Assembly: GCA_946965045.2 (NCBI GenBank)
Contig: OX337240.1
Coordinates: 3,100,001-3,164,000, forward strand
DNA: 64,000 bases
Direction of reading: 5' to 3'
DNA from: Epithemia pelagica
Taxonomy: Eukaryota > Protista > Bacillariophyta
Shown: one piece after another, positions 33,039 through 44,168 of the stretch
Numbering within the stretch: the first letter of the stretch is position 1
How the letters are laid out: each line of letters opens with the position of its first letter
Notes under the pieces: generated by a model
Database searches by the model: none
What the model saw: only the letters and a program-made list of their open reading frames with translations
Told to the model about the DNA's origin: nothing
Program-made: the position numbers and the translations under genes

Positions 33039-33120
33039 ACAATCTCAAAAATGATTGATCTCTTTGTCTTAGAGACGTTGTGCTTCCATAAACAAGGGAA
33101 ATGAGGAGACAGGTGATGGT

Positions 33121-35028
33121 GTGGTACCACCGCCTTTCATTGAAATTCCACACGTTCTTGATCCTATAGTAAACCAGAAGAGAAGAAAAGACTCATGGGA
33201 CTCGAATGAATCCATCGACAACATTGGTGACGGTTACTTAGACAAGTTCGCAGAAAAACAAACTAACAGAAACAACGAGAACATCAAGTCGGCCATGAAG
33301 CTAGCAACCCAGTATGCTAAGAGTATGGGGAAGGACAACACGCATGTCGAAATCAAGACATTATTTAGGTGCACACTATGCATGTCTTACAGTGGGTTGA
33401 TGAATGACCAGGACCCTACAACGCGTGTTTTGCATATCCCACATAGACATCGTCGGAGAGATCTTTGCTACAACACTTCAAGGACGGGCATGCCGATTGA
33501 GTCTTTCTATACTTGTTTGAAATTGATGGTCCATCACAACCATCAGAACCTAGTATATGTTGACAAAGTAACATTTGATGAAGCAATCAGGAACCCATTT
33601 CCTAAGAAAATTCCTATGTCATCATGGAGACAACAGGATCCGAACACACTGATATTGGCGATCATTGCCTTGACAACAGCAACTGATGTCAGCGACCCAG
33701 CTTTATTGGCCTTCGAAATCGACAAAAAGATACTTCATATCTACGAACCAATACATAATCGATCAGACCAATACTGGGAAGGAACGACGCGTCATGTACT
33801 ACGGAAATGGGACCTGGTCAATACGTCAAAAGGTGCCCCGCCTGTCAGTCTATGTTATGACCCATCATTAGTGGAAGAAGATGAGACAACACATGATACA
33901 AACAAGGAATGTAACAAGTGGCGATATCGCATTGTGAAAATGCCAGAACCTAAGAAGGATACTCCAAAGCCAATGCCACAAGCTATCGTGATCAGAATGC
34001 TTGGAAACATAATGAGTAGTCGACCAAACCCGGGTCGGAAAGAAGGTCAGATAGACATGAGTATGACGATATCCAATTGTTTTTCGAGTAATCAAATACG
34101 GTACAATAATGAATTTTCGAGAGGACTAGAGCATGCTGTCGAAGGCAATTCGATTTCTCCTTTGGTGTTGGGACCTGACAATTTCGATGGCAACAGCGAC
34201 GACGATCCTGTTGAAGTGGGGTTTTCACGTGGTACCGATAAATACGAATACACGGAGAACGTCGATCTATCTGATGGTGGGTGTTCAGAGACGTGGACTA
34301 CGGATGGTGACATATTGTTCATACCGTGCCCGAAGGTGGGATTAGAACCCAAGGAGGTGTTACTTGACTCCAAACTTTCCAAGAGAGATATAAATCGATT
34401 GCTACCGACCGTTGTATATTGTCCAGATTCTTGTGTATGCTGTAACAGGGCATTGAAAACAGATACAGACAGCGAAGTCTGTACCCTCATCCCATGTGGA
34501 CATCTGGTTCACGGAAATTGCTTACGAATACGGTTCAAGTATCATAATGTATGGTGTCCCCAGTGTGGACAAAAGATCAAGAGTAACATCCACTCAATAC
34601 CTTTTGGGATTCCACAACCAGATTTGGATTCATGCAGTGTCTGTGTGGAATCTGAGAACAAGCACTTCGTGTGGCAGTTCTGTATGCTCATACGCCATAT
34701 TGTGGCGCGTACTTTTCAAATAACATCATTTTACGATGGTGTGAACTTTCCCCGTCAAATCACCTGGCCAATGTTTACTATTGTCCGCAGCGTTTGGCTT
34801 GAGGAATTGCGATCCCGTTTCTATTTTGATGATAACGATTGTGCCCCATACGATTATGCCCGAGCATCTGATAAAACATGGGCAGTATGGCTGCTTTCGT
34901 TGCCTCATTCTACGGCTGGTTTTCGCAACTACATGCCACTTTTTGTCAGGTGCTTCCGTAATTGTCTCGAAAGAATGGCTGAGACGGCGGAGTTGGAACG
35001 TGGAAATATGGATGGTAATGATCATTGA
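33121..35028 (+). CDS. RING-H2 finger cargo protein (635 aa)
   Basis: CVCC...PCGHLVHGNC...CPQC fits C3H2C3. The C-terminal domain is shared with 35090-36244. Confidence 0.75.
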   Translation: MVPPPFIEIPHVLDPIVNQKRRKDSWDSNESIDNIGDGYLDKFAEKQTNRNNENIKSAMKLATQYAKSMGKDNTHVEIKTLFRCTLCMSYSGLMNDQDPTTRVLHIPHRHRRRDLCYNTSRTGMPIESFYTCLKLMVHHNHQNLVYVDKVTFDEAIRNPFPKKIPMSSWRQQDPNTLILAIIALTTATDVSDPALLAFEIDKKILHIYEPIHNRSDQYWEGTTRHVLRKWDLVNTSKGAPPVSLCYDPSLVEEDETTHDTNKECNKWRYRIVKMPEPKKDTPKPMPQAIVIRMLGNIMSSRPNPGRKEGQIDMSMTISNCFSSNQIRYNNEFSRGLEHAVEGNSISPLVLGPDNFDGNSDDDPVEVGFSRGTDKYEYTENVDLSDGGCSETWTTDGDILFIPCPKVGLEPKEVLLDSKLSKRDINRLLPTVVYCPDSCVCCNRALKTDTDSEVCTLIPCGHLVHGNCLRIRFKYHNVWCPQCGQKIKSNIHSIPFGIPQPDLDSCSVCVESENKHFVWQFCMLIRHIVARTFQITSFYDGVNFPRQITWPMFTIVRSVWLEELRSRFYFDDNDCAPYDYARASDKTWAVWLLSLPHSTAGFRNYMPLFVRCFRNCLERMAETAELERGNMDGNDH

Positions 35029-35089
35029 CATATATTATAAATCTTGTTATCTGTTCCCAGTTTGCCTTTGGAAGAAGTCAAGTCTTTGT

Positions 35090-36244
35090 TTAATACAATG
35101 GTTTCGATGAAGACATCAAGGCTGTGTAACAATGACGGAAGAACGGCATGTAATTGTAGTATCGACCGAAAGACATGGAGACAAGCCATTTAGACCAGGA
35201 GTCTTGGTCGAGAACATGACAAAATGGAGATGTATACTGAGAAGACTCCATCGGATCTCGCAGTTCGTTGTACATCAACTCTGTTGCGTTTTTGATAATA
35301 TCCTGTGCATGTTTGGGAATCGTGCCTGGTCCTTTGCAATTGGGCTTCAATTGTGCGTACACCAACGCCCGTCCAGCAATATGACAGAATCGCCAGACGA
35401 AGTACTTGTTGCAAGAGTTCCAACAACCATGCGAGAAGACGCATTCTGAATAAGAATTGCATGGCCTTAAGCAAGACTTACACACCAATGGAACCTTGTT
35501 TATGTCTGATTCTTCGCGTGTGATATTCATCGAATCATGGATATACAGGGCTTCGGTGCAACAACGTTCATTCCCACCTGAATCACATCCGTTCATGGGC
35601 ACTCCACAACCATAACAACAATCGGCACATGAGAGAGATTTACCGAAGCGATGCCAACATTTTCCTGTAAGTCTACGATCTGTTGAAAGGTTGTCGGTTA
35701 CAAAACACCAAGGACAAACTGGCTCTGGGGGAACATCATTGGATCCATAGATTTTATTGACAAGCTCAGTGAACCGAATAACTTCAAGATGCAGCTTATC
35801 TCGGTTTGCTCTTGGTTTACACATCGGAGGAGAGTCACGTAATAGCAAGATTGGAATAGTAGATGGATCGGCAACCTTGAGCTTCTTCTTATATGGGTTT
35901 GGGATCAACTGATACGATGGGCGCTTGATTGGTGGTAGTTTCTTCTCCTCTTCTTCCTTGGTATCAAGCTTAGAAGAAGGAAGTGGATGACATTTGATTA
36001 TTGATTTGGACGCAGGCGGTGGCTTCTTGTCATGTTCACCGTCGCAAGTTTTCGGGGTTGGAGAGTGCGTTTTGACAATTGGGGTCCCTATTTCCTCTAG
36101 CTCATATGGGTTGATCATCATTTCTTCATTAGATGGAGGTATCTTTGTGACTGGAAAGTTTGGTTTGACCACCAAGGGTGGAACTGTTTTCTTCCTCGAT
36201 TTGTATGGGTTGATCATTGTTTGAAGAGGAGTAGAATAGCCCAA
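35090..36244 (-). CDS. Cys-rich cargo protein (384 aa), paralogous in its C-terminus to the RING protein
   Basis: CPWC, CWH, CADCCYGC and CKSC; NKYFVWRFC and WSKWLVSM...YNYMPFFRHCY. The N-terminus has repeated (I/P)NPY motifs. Confidence 0.7.
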   Translation of the reverse strand: MGYSTPLQTMINPYKSRKKTVPPLVVKPNFPVTKIPPSNEEMMINPYELEEIGTPIVKTHSPTPKTCDGEHDKKPPPASKSIIKCHPLPSSKLDTKEEEEKKLPPIKRPSYQLIPNPYKKKLKVADPSTIPILLLRDSPPMCKPRANRDKLHLEVIRFTELVNKIYGSNDVPPEPVCPWCFVTDNLSTDRRLTGKCWHRFGKSLSCADCCYGCGVPMNGCDSGGNERCCTEALYIHDSMNITREESDINKVPLVCKSCLRPCNSYSECVFSHGCWNSCNKYFVWRFCHIAGRALVYAQLKPNCKGPGTIPKHAQDIIKNATELMYNELRDPMESSQYTSPFCHVLDQDSWSKWLVSMSFGRYYNYMPFFRHCYTALMSSSKPLY

Positions 36245-37681
36245 CTGACTGAAGACTGAGGATGACTTTTGGAAAACGATGGAAAGTATCTACTATTTCA
36301 TCCAATTTATGTGTGATACTCTGAGTTGAATTGGTCGGCTCGCGTACGGTTGTGGGGGGGGGGGGGGGGGAGATTAGGAGGGGAGTGCTGGTATGTGACA
36401 ACCCCCCATAGAGGCAAATTATGATCATGAGGTCGAATTGCTGACGGAGGATTGTTTCAATCTTTCTTTCATTTCATTACAGCGTTTCTCGAGATTGTCA
36501 CGGGCACTTTCATTGAATTCGGAAGCCCATTCTTTGATGTTGCGCACGGCCCAGACATTGTCACTAAAGTTTCTCAAATTACGACTGTCTTCTTGGAGCA
36601 AATCTTTTTCAAGTGAAGAATGGAAATATGTTGGGATAGAATCACGGTCTTGAATCATTTCTGGGTTCTCATCCACTACACCAACAACCTCAACAATATT
36701 CCGGAGTGGAACCATGACAATTTCAGCTATTCGATGTAGGTCAAAACGCTTCCGCCATATTTGAAAGAGAACGGATGATTTCTCGATATCAGCTGCACTC
36801 CGTACGTATGTCGTTCGGAGAAGGACATGGGTCATCTCGGGTGAAGTTGAAGGTTGACATACCGGTGCAAGTTTTCGGGGTTGGAGAGTGCGTTTTGACA
36901 ATTGGGGTCCCTATTTCCTCTAGCTCATATGGGTTGATCATCATTTCTTCATTAGATGGAGGTATCTTTGTGACTGGAAAGTTTGGTTTGACCACCAAGG
37001 GTGGAACTGTTTTCTTCCTCGATTTGTATGGGTTGATCATTGTTTGAAGAGGAGTAGAATAGCCCAACTGACTGAAGACTGAGGATGACTTTTGGAAAAC
37101 GATGGAAAGTATCTACTATTTCATCCAATTTATGTGTGACACTCTGAGTTGAATTGGTCGGCTCGCGTACGGTTGGGGGGGGGGGGGAGATTAGGAGGGG
37201 AGTGCTGGTATGTGACAAACCCCCCATAGAGGCAAATTATGATCATGAGGTCAAATTGCTGACGGAGGATTGTTTCAATCTTTCTTTCATTTCATTACAG
37301 CGTTTCTCGAGATTGTCACGGGCACTTTCATTGAATTCGGAAGCCCATTCTTTGATGTTGCGCACGGCCCAGACATTGTCACTAAAGTTTCTCAAATTAC
37401 GACTGTCTTCTTGGAGCAAATCTTTTTCAAGTGAAGAATGGAAATATGTTGGGATAGAATCACGGTCTTGAATCATTTCTGGGTTCTCATCCACTACACC
37501 AACAACCTCAACAATATTCCGGAGTGGAACCATGACAATTTCAGCTATTCGATGTAGGTCAAAACGCTTCCGCCATTTTTGAAAGAGAACGGATGATTTC
37601 TCGATATCAGCTGCACTCCGTACGTATGTCGTTCGGAGAAGGACATGGGTCATCTCGGGTGAAGTTGAAGGTTGACATACC
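36044..37681. repeat. ~820-bp tandem duplication
   Basis: 36044-36863 and 36867-37681 are nearly identical (G-run length and a few SNPs). This explains the duplicate ORFs 36425-36901 and 36789-37067. Confidence 0.95.
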
Positions 37682-40600
37682 AGTGATGGTTGTATTTGTA
37701 TGTGGTCTGTTCGAGTAATGGGTATTTGAATGAAGCATATCGTTTGACATAGGATGGTATCAAATTCTCCGAGAGGTTGGTTGTATAACTCGTCAAGAGG
37801 TTTCCTTTTTTTCTTTGGAACTTTAGCCATCACCCAATCTCTCCATGGCCCCTCGCTTTGATAATTCGGATGAGCCCGTATATTTCCTATCCTGGGGTCT
37901 TCGAACTTAAGTTCTGTGCTCCCGAACAATTCCAGTGTGGTTGAAGTCTCATTTGTTGGATCATCACTCATCCCGTCTATATGATGAAAAAAGCGTTTGT
38001 AATGTAATCGAAAGAAGTGATTACAAAACTGTGGCAATGTCATGTCATGATTTGTTTTGGAATGGAATTCGATATTCACTGATACCACATCCTCCTCGTG
38101 TGGTGCTGCTGTCAATCGCCTGTGTACACTACTCGTCTGGTTTCGGTTTGATCCGTCTTGTTCTTTTCTGGTCGTGCCTGGAACTTGAATCGACATACCC
38201 AATGGAGACGGAAGATCCTTTTCTATTTCATTTGATGACTGGTCTTGATTATCACCAGAAGTATGTACGTTCGTGTGAGGTACTGGAATCAAACATTTTT
38301 CTCTGGTCATGGATACTACTATGACCGTTCCACGACTATTTGAGGTTGATGTGGTAGGGAGTTGGTTTTGGGATCCCTTTTTTCTCCTTATTTCATAAGG
38401 CGACTTCCCTTCCTGGAGAAAGGTGACATGATCTTCTTCAAGACCTGTTGCTTCCTGCAGCATTTCCAAGCTTTGCATCCACCAGATATTTTCTGCAAGT
38501 TGCGACTCAAAAATTCCTTTTCCACGTTTCTGTACCGTTTTTGCATTCAATTTCACAATTTCCTTGTGATTACTTTCCTCTGACTCCACATCAAGCAGTC
38601 GTGCTGGTCCAAAATTCTGAATCTGTTGTATAATGTGTATGAGATTGTGGAATTTTGGTATCATCCACCCGTTGGACATCAATTTGCCTTTTTTATCGAG
38701 CCTGGGTGCATATCTCCTGATGCCATCCATCAAAATCCGCACTGATTCGAGAGACTTGGAAGCTGTTGTTTGTCCTTCTTGTGAGTCTGGGTCTGTTTCC
38801 CAGAATGTATCCATACGAATCCAGCTGTTGAAACACAAAAGAGTCTCGAATAGATGCAGGAAGTCTATGTATGGTTCCCGCTCATCAACATCCCAGATAG
38901 ACCTGTAAGCAACTGGGTCATCATCAAAAACAGTTTCAGCTGTGATATCAATGTCAACACTATCATCATCATCAAGACGTGTACGTTCGTACTCTTCATC
39001 TGGTGGAGTATCATCCTCATTGTCAGCAATAGGTTCACTTGTCTCTTGCACTTGATCCATGTCCGCTTGACATGTCTTGTTGGTGGTTTTGGATGTTTGC
39101 TTTGCTTGTCGTTTTTTCCATTCCGCAACCACCTTGTTCCATTTCTTTGCCATATTCTTCGCAAATATAAGGCGACCTCTGGCAGTGGCACATAGAGCTG
39201 CTGAAGCAAACATGATCCCAACCCACTCATTGGCAGTTACTTTTGACAGGTTACTGATCCCGGTCGAGAATGATGTTCCAGGATATCCAAGTTTCGATGA
39301 ATACGAGAATACAGTCTGTCTACTTGCCCGAAAGATTGAATTGTAGACATAATCAAACATGGCCCGTTCAGTTTTTGTCATCAACGTGAAAAAGTCAATC
39401 ATGATGTATCTCATTATCCCAGATTTCAATGTATGAAGAACATCACAACTACTGGCCGAGAAAATCCCATGTTCAGAATTGGTTCCTTCACCCAGGTAAA
39501 CCTTGGAAAAACAAAGATCGACTGCATATTGTCCCATGTCATGCAATTGGGTTTTTGCAGCTGACACAAGGGTATTGACCCCTCCATCTCTGCTATTTTC
39601 TTGACTTACTTGTGATGTGCTCAAACAGGTAGGAACAGTCAAAGTCGAAAATGTATCATTGTCTCTCTCTTGGTAATCAACATCCTGTTCAGTCAGTTTT
39701 TCTCGATTTTCATTAAGACCCAATGCATTCAAGCACATTTTGTATGTACTTGCAGCGTTGATATAAGAACATTCATGCCATGGGTATCTGCTATCCCTTG
39801 GTTTAATGTTGCAACACCATGATAGTCTTCCAACACTTGGATGATGCGAGGCATACCGACCTGCAAGGTTATCCTGAGACTTCCCATCTCCTTTGACAAC
39901 AATCATTGGCAATATCAAACGAACAACTTTGATAATCCCATGGAGGCGTAGTTTCATCCATAAACCTTCCTGTTTTTGGATACTGACAAGACCTTCGAGG
40001 ATCTTAGTCAATTGAGCATGATAATTTCGGCAAGGAGTCCCTTTATCGAGGATATGTTTTGCCGCCGATGATTTTCTTTCCATGTCTGTAATAGTCCCAA
40101 GGATGATCTGTCGCCTTGCTTTCCTCATTTGTGTTTCCGTTAGAAAAGATGGCACCATTACAACAGGCTCCGATGTATATCTTCCATCCCCTGTTGCATG
40201 TGTTTTGTCCATATAACAGACAAGACCAACCACGAAGGCATCTGGATCATCTCTATATTTTTCCACTGTTTTCCGAAATACTTCTCCGTCTTGTATATTT
40301 TGGATGTGCTTGTTTGGAACATATGGACGATACGGATCGTCATCATCGAGGATCGTATTTTCTTTCTTGGTTGCATCGGGATCTTGTAATACACGCTGTA
40401 GTTGACTGATCAAATCAAATACTGGTGTTGTTATTGATTTCTCACTCTCTGGTACAACCACACCCTGTTTTTGGGTGAATTCCATTGGTACCGGGAAAAA
40501 TTTTGCCTTGGGATAATTGAAACCTTTGGTAGAAAACTTTTCGATGAACGTTTTCCTCTTTGAATGGTTGTCCAGGAAGAACCCAGGACCGCATCTTGAG

Positions 40601-41103
40601 TATGTGTCACTCGACCATGCCAGGATCGAATTGTACAAATATTTGGGGCAACCAGCTTTCCGAAGTAACATCATAAGTGAGACCAAGGCTGCATCGTGTT
40701 TATGAAGTTTCAATTGCTTCCCATCTCTATCAAGGAACGCAGGAAAATCAACCGGGCACTCCTTGCTGTTGCGCAGAATAATATTATCTGTATCACCAGG
40801 TACATAGTATGCTTTTGGTGGGTCAGCATGCGGAATAGTGGTTTCATCGTCCATGATATCAATATTCATTGGATCAGCATTCATATTACTGGCACAATCA
40901 TTGTTGTCATCGCCAACATTTGGCCATTTCCTTTGTGTGTTCATTTTCAATTCACAAACTGTTTGGTGACGGCTGATTCCTCTTGCATCGAAACGTGATT
41001 GACAGAAACGACACACTTGAAAGGATATGAAGGACTCCTCTTGTTGGCTTGTATTTGAGCATCTCTTTCGCGACTTCTTTTTTACTTTACGACGCTGGCC
41101 CAT
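37243..41103 (-). CDS. Plavaka-like (CMC) transposase, 1286 aa, intact
   Basis: N-terminal zinc finger CRFC...RHQTVC; VCYMDKTH; VKGDGKSQD; CDVLHTLKSG; PKFHNLIHIIQQIQNFGPARLLDVESEESNHK; IRAHPNYQSEGPWRDWV. Confidence 0.85.
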   Translation of the reverse strand: MGQRRKVKKKSRKRCSNTSQQEESFISFQVCRFCQSRFDARGISRHQTVCELKMNTQRKWPNVGDDNNDCASNMNADPMNIDIMDDETTIPHADPPKAYYVPGDTDNIILRNSKECPVDFPAFLDRDGKQLKLHKHDAALVSLMMLLRKAGCPKYLYNSILAWSSDTYSRCGPGFFLDNHSKRKTFIEKFSTKGFNYPKAKFFPVPMEFTQKQGVVVPESEKSITTPVFDLISQLQRVLQDPDATKKENTILDDDDPYRPYVPNKHIQNIQDGEVFRKTVEKYRDDPDAFVVGLVCYMDKTHATGDGRYTSEPVVMVPSFLTETQMRKARRQIILGTITDMERKSSAAKHILDKGTPCRNYHAQLTKILEGLVSIQKQEGLWMKLRLHGIIKVVRLILPMIVVKGDGKSQDNLAGRYASHHPSVGRLSWCCNIKPRDSRYPWHECSYINAASTYKMCLNALGLNENREKLTEQDVDYQERDNDTFSTLTVPTCLSTSQVSQENSRDGGVNTLVSAAKTQLHDMGQYAVDLCFSKVYLGEGTNSEHGIFSASSCDVLHTLKSGIMRYIMIDFFTLMTKTERAMFDYVYNSIFRASRQTVFSYSSKLGYPGTSFSTGISNLSKVTANEWVGIMFASAALCATARGRLIFAKNMAKKWNKVVAEWKKRQAKQTSKTTNKTCQADMDQVQETSEPIADNEDDTPPDEEYERTRLDDDDSVDIDITAETVFDDDPVAYRSIWDVDEREPYIDFLHLFETLLCFNSWIRMDTFWETDPDSQEGQTTASKSLESVRILMDGIRRYAPRLDKKGKLMSNGWMIPKFHNLIHIIQQIQNFGPARLLDVESEESNHKEIVKLNAKTVQKRGKGIFESQLAENIWWMQSLEMLQEATGLEEDHVTFLQEGKSPYEIRRKKGSQNQLPTTSTSNSRGTVIVVSMTREKCLIPVPHTNVHTSGDNQDQSSNEIEKDLPSPLGMSIQVPGTTRKEQDGSNRNQTSSVHRRLTAAPHEEDVVSVNIEFHSKTNHDMTLPQFCNHFFRLHYKRFFHHIDGMSDDPTNETSTTLELFGSTELKFEDPRIGNIRAHPNYQSEGPWRDWVMAKVPKKKRKPLDELYNQPLGEFDTILCQTICFIQIPITRTDHIQIQPSLVCQPSTSPEMTHVLLRTTYVRSAADIEKSSVLFQKWRKRFDLHRIAEIVMVPLRNIVEVVGVVDENPEMIQDRDSIPTYFHSSLEKDLLQEDSRNLRNFSDNVWAVRNIKEWASEFNESARDNLEKRCNEMKERLKQSSVSNLTS

Positions 41104-41667
41104 GATGGTACGATGCTGGTGGTTTTAGATTTTGGTTTGGAATGAAAAATGCTCTGTAATCGATTTCTGCAAATTGAGACATCGGTGGTCAATCTTGTGG
41201 CATATATCAGAATTTCTCCGCATTGGGTGGATCGGCCGACGTTGGTGCATAAAAGCGACTGAAAATCGCTTATGTACATGAACGGATCATAATATTTTCA
41301 AACGGTCGTGTGTATTTACTTAATCCAATCCAGCCTGCCGGGTTATATACCAACGGTGATAGCAGCGATTGGAATTCAAACACTGTGTCAATGCCGAGGA
41401 TACCTACACTGTCGACATTAGAAAGGAAATGACAATCATTCAAACCCATGCACCAATGTTCCATCTGACAAGTATGATGTACTTGAAACCACCTATGCTC
41501 ATCTTCATACGTTCTCCAAAGGACCATCGTTCAAACACGGAGTTTATGATTCAAACATGGAGCATTCCAGCATTTGAATTTGAATGGTTGTCCATCAGAG
41601 GACTTGTTGTCACCCTGCTCTTGTTCATATCCTTGTCATAAATCAGACGGAGCATCCAAGATAAACG

Positions 41668-43660
41668 ATGGCAGGAGTCACCACCAGAAATGCAGCTCCA
41701 ACGAGGCGTCGACCCTTAGCAGTCCGAAATGCAAACTATGGAAGTAATCAGAAAGAGGTTGAACGACAACGAAGAAGCATCTTGGCAGCAGTGGCAACAA
41801 GAAATAAAGAGAATCTTCCTAACAAGGATGGGACAATTACAAACAAAGATGCTCTTATTGCAGCAGCCAATGGAGGTTTAGTACTCCAAGAAGATAGTTC
41901 TGATGACGAGGAAGAAGAGGAACAGATCTCGATGAACAACGATCAAGCAAAAGCACAAGAAGGCACAACTGTGGAAGGGAGTGGTAATCTTTTGGAGCAG
42001 GCAACAAATTCAGAAAGTGATGGAGCCGATGTGACTTCAGCAGATGATAGCAATAATGAACAGGGTGGGCTGAGAACACAACCATCATCTGGTTTTGCGC
42101 AACCAACAAACACGGCAGTTAATAACATGGAGGAAGACGACGTCGGTGTAAATATTCTCACTGGACCTGAAATGCAACGAGCATTGCAGAATATGAGCAA
42201 TGGACCCAGTGAGTATGATGGAGATGATTTTGATCCTAATGAAAGACATTTTCCTGCTGGAGGACTTGTCAGTAAGTTGTTAGATGCACAAAATGGAGGA
42301 GGACAATTTGTCGGTGAGACGGCTCTAATGACGGGGGTGTTTGTGGGTTGAATGCATCAGGTGATACCTTTGCTAACGACGTTTCTTCCCTTTCGGATAT
42401 GTCGTCATCTTCGTCATCTACTTTGCTAACAACAGGGCCTGATCAGGCGATGGAAACTCTTCTACAAGACGATATTCAAAATCAGTTGGCACAGGAAACA
42501 CAGACAACAACAGTATACCAAAATCAATCATCTTGCCCGACAAGTACGATTGTAACATCCACTACACACAAAGGTTCTGTTGAAAAGGACAAGAGTAAGA
42601 AGCAAAAGCCGAAGAAAAAGCCTGAGGTGGTATCGGAGAAGTTCTTTGATACATTTGTTCGGAAGGTGGCATGGCGTTATGTCAAGTATTTCTCCATGTC
42701 CGAAGATACTAAGGCAGATCCGAATGGTCTTTGGGGGAAGTATGGCAAAACATATTTTACTGAGCACTATTTCAAAGGCAAAGGTATTACGGATGCAAAA
42801 CAACAAGAGGAGTGGTGGATTGAACATTCACCTTATATGCTTGACAAGTTCCGAAGCAAACGATCAAATGTTCTGGCTTCCATGCGAAAAGCATTCATAA
42901 GTAAGTGTCAATCGAAGAGTGAATGTGTTGGTTCATCACGTCGTCTTCTCATAAAGAGATGTGAGATAATTTGTTGCTGAATCTAGAACATGTGGGTCTT
43001 GATCTATGGCGTGACAGTAATTTCCAGCGGAGGTATCCATGCCTTTTGAACGACTGTGAAGACTTTGGGCCAATGCCTACCCTGGAAGAATTTCTGTTAT
43101 TGAGAGGAGAGAAGTGTGACAACTATGCCTATTCATATCTCTTGCAATTGTTTGGTCCATGTGTCTATGGTGAGAATATGCATAAAACCGTGATTGATTT
43201 CAATTTTGGTGACCACACTGAGCAGCAGGGAAAGGAACATTGCGAAAAGGCCTTGAAGTTATTCACTTCAAGTGACGAGGCGTTCATATTGACCATCCTT
43301 GTGGATTGCTGGGATGTGTGGACTCACATGGGCAAGACCACTTTCAAGGCAAAACTATTTGAATTAAATCCAAGGTGGTACAATGAAAATGGTGTTGATC
43401 AAATGATTGATACATCCTCAGCAAGGTATCCTCGCTTCAAATATTCAGGCAGTTGGAACTCAAGTCGATGTATGAATGAGGATGGTATGGACTATTTTGA
43501 GGATATGGAAGAGAAAATCGCTCGTGAAGACAGAGCAGGCGACCGTGGTATCTGGTTCATGATGTTTCTCAATGGGCAATATCGCTCTCGAATGGGGTAT
43601 GCAGATGATGATGCTGTGACAAGGCCTTCTAAAAGGCCACGAAAACGGTCATGGCAGTGA
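41668..43660 (+). CDS. Three-exon partner gene of the Plavaka-like element, join(41668..42271,42361..42900,42987..43660), 605 aa
   Basis: Two GTAAGT...AG introns (89 and 86 nt), both phase 1, join the three track ORFs in frame. TSSDEAFILTIL and YSGSW...EDG blocks. Confidence 0.78.
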
Positions 43661-43860
43661 TTGATCAGAGTGACAATTGGTTTCATTTCATATACTACTC
43701 CTATATAGCTACATGTATTGTGTTCCATTCATTCGCTGGTTGTTAGTGGGAGTGTGTGCATGGTGTTAGTTAAATGCACTGTGTTCAACTTGCTTGCACT
43801 TGATGCTGGAGTAATGCGCATGATGGTGATGTGACACAATCAAGGATGAGTGCATACATA

Positions 43861-44105
43861 GGAGGGTATGTGATGACTGTTGGTTCTTGACTGTGCATGA
43901 AGGTGGAGGGATGTGATGACTATTGGTTCTTGACTGTGCATGGTGTTGAAGTTGGTGAAATGTGGGTCATGCGCTTGCTGGTTCTGGAAAGCACATTTTT
44001 AGTAATAACGTGAGGAAGGGCCATGCGCATGTTCTTGTAGGTGTGCGCGTGTTCTTGTAGGTGTGCGCGTGTCCTGCGCGCGGATGATTCTAGTAGGATG
44101 CGCTT
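43861..44105. repeat. Right subterminal repeats
   Basis: A ~39-bp direct repeat (43861 and 43905), a 20-bp tandem GTGTTCTTGTAGGTGTGCGC, and many TGCGC motifs that also cluster at 30110-30360. Confidence 0.75.
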
Positions 44106-44168
44106 AGGGGTGCTTTCTTATCGATAATTAAACCGCCATAAACTGGCGTACCGTTCCTTCCTTAGATG

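Larger units (their letters stand above)
30006..44168. mobile_element. 14,163-bp Plavaka/CMC-like DNA transposon with extra genes
   Basis: TIR CATCTAAGGA(G/A)GGAA (14/15 match) and GAGT on both flanks. It interrupts the MULE transposase exactly at ITDGDS/QEY and encodes a Plavaka-like transposase. Confidence 0.9.
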
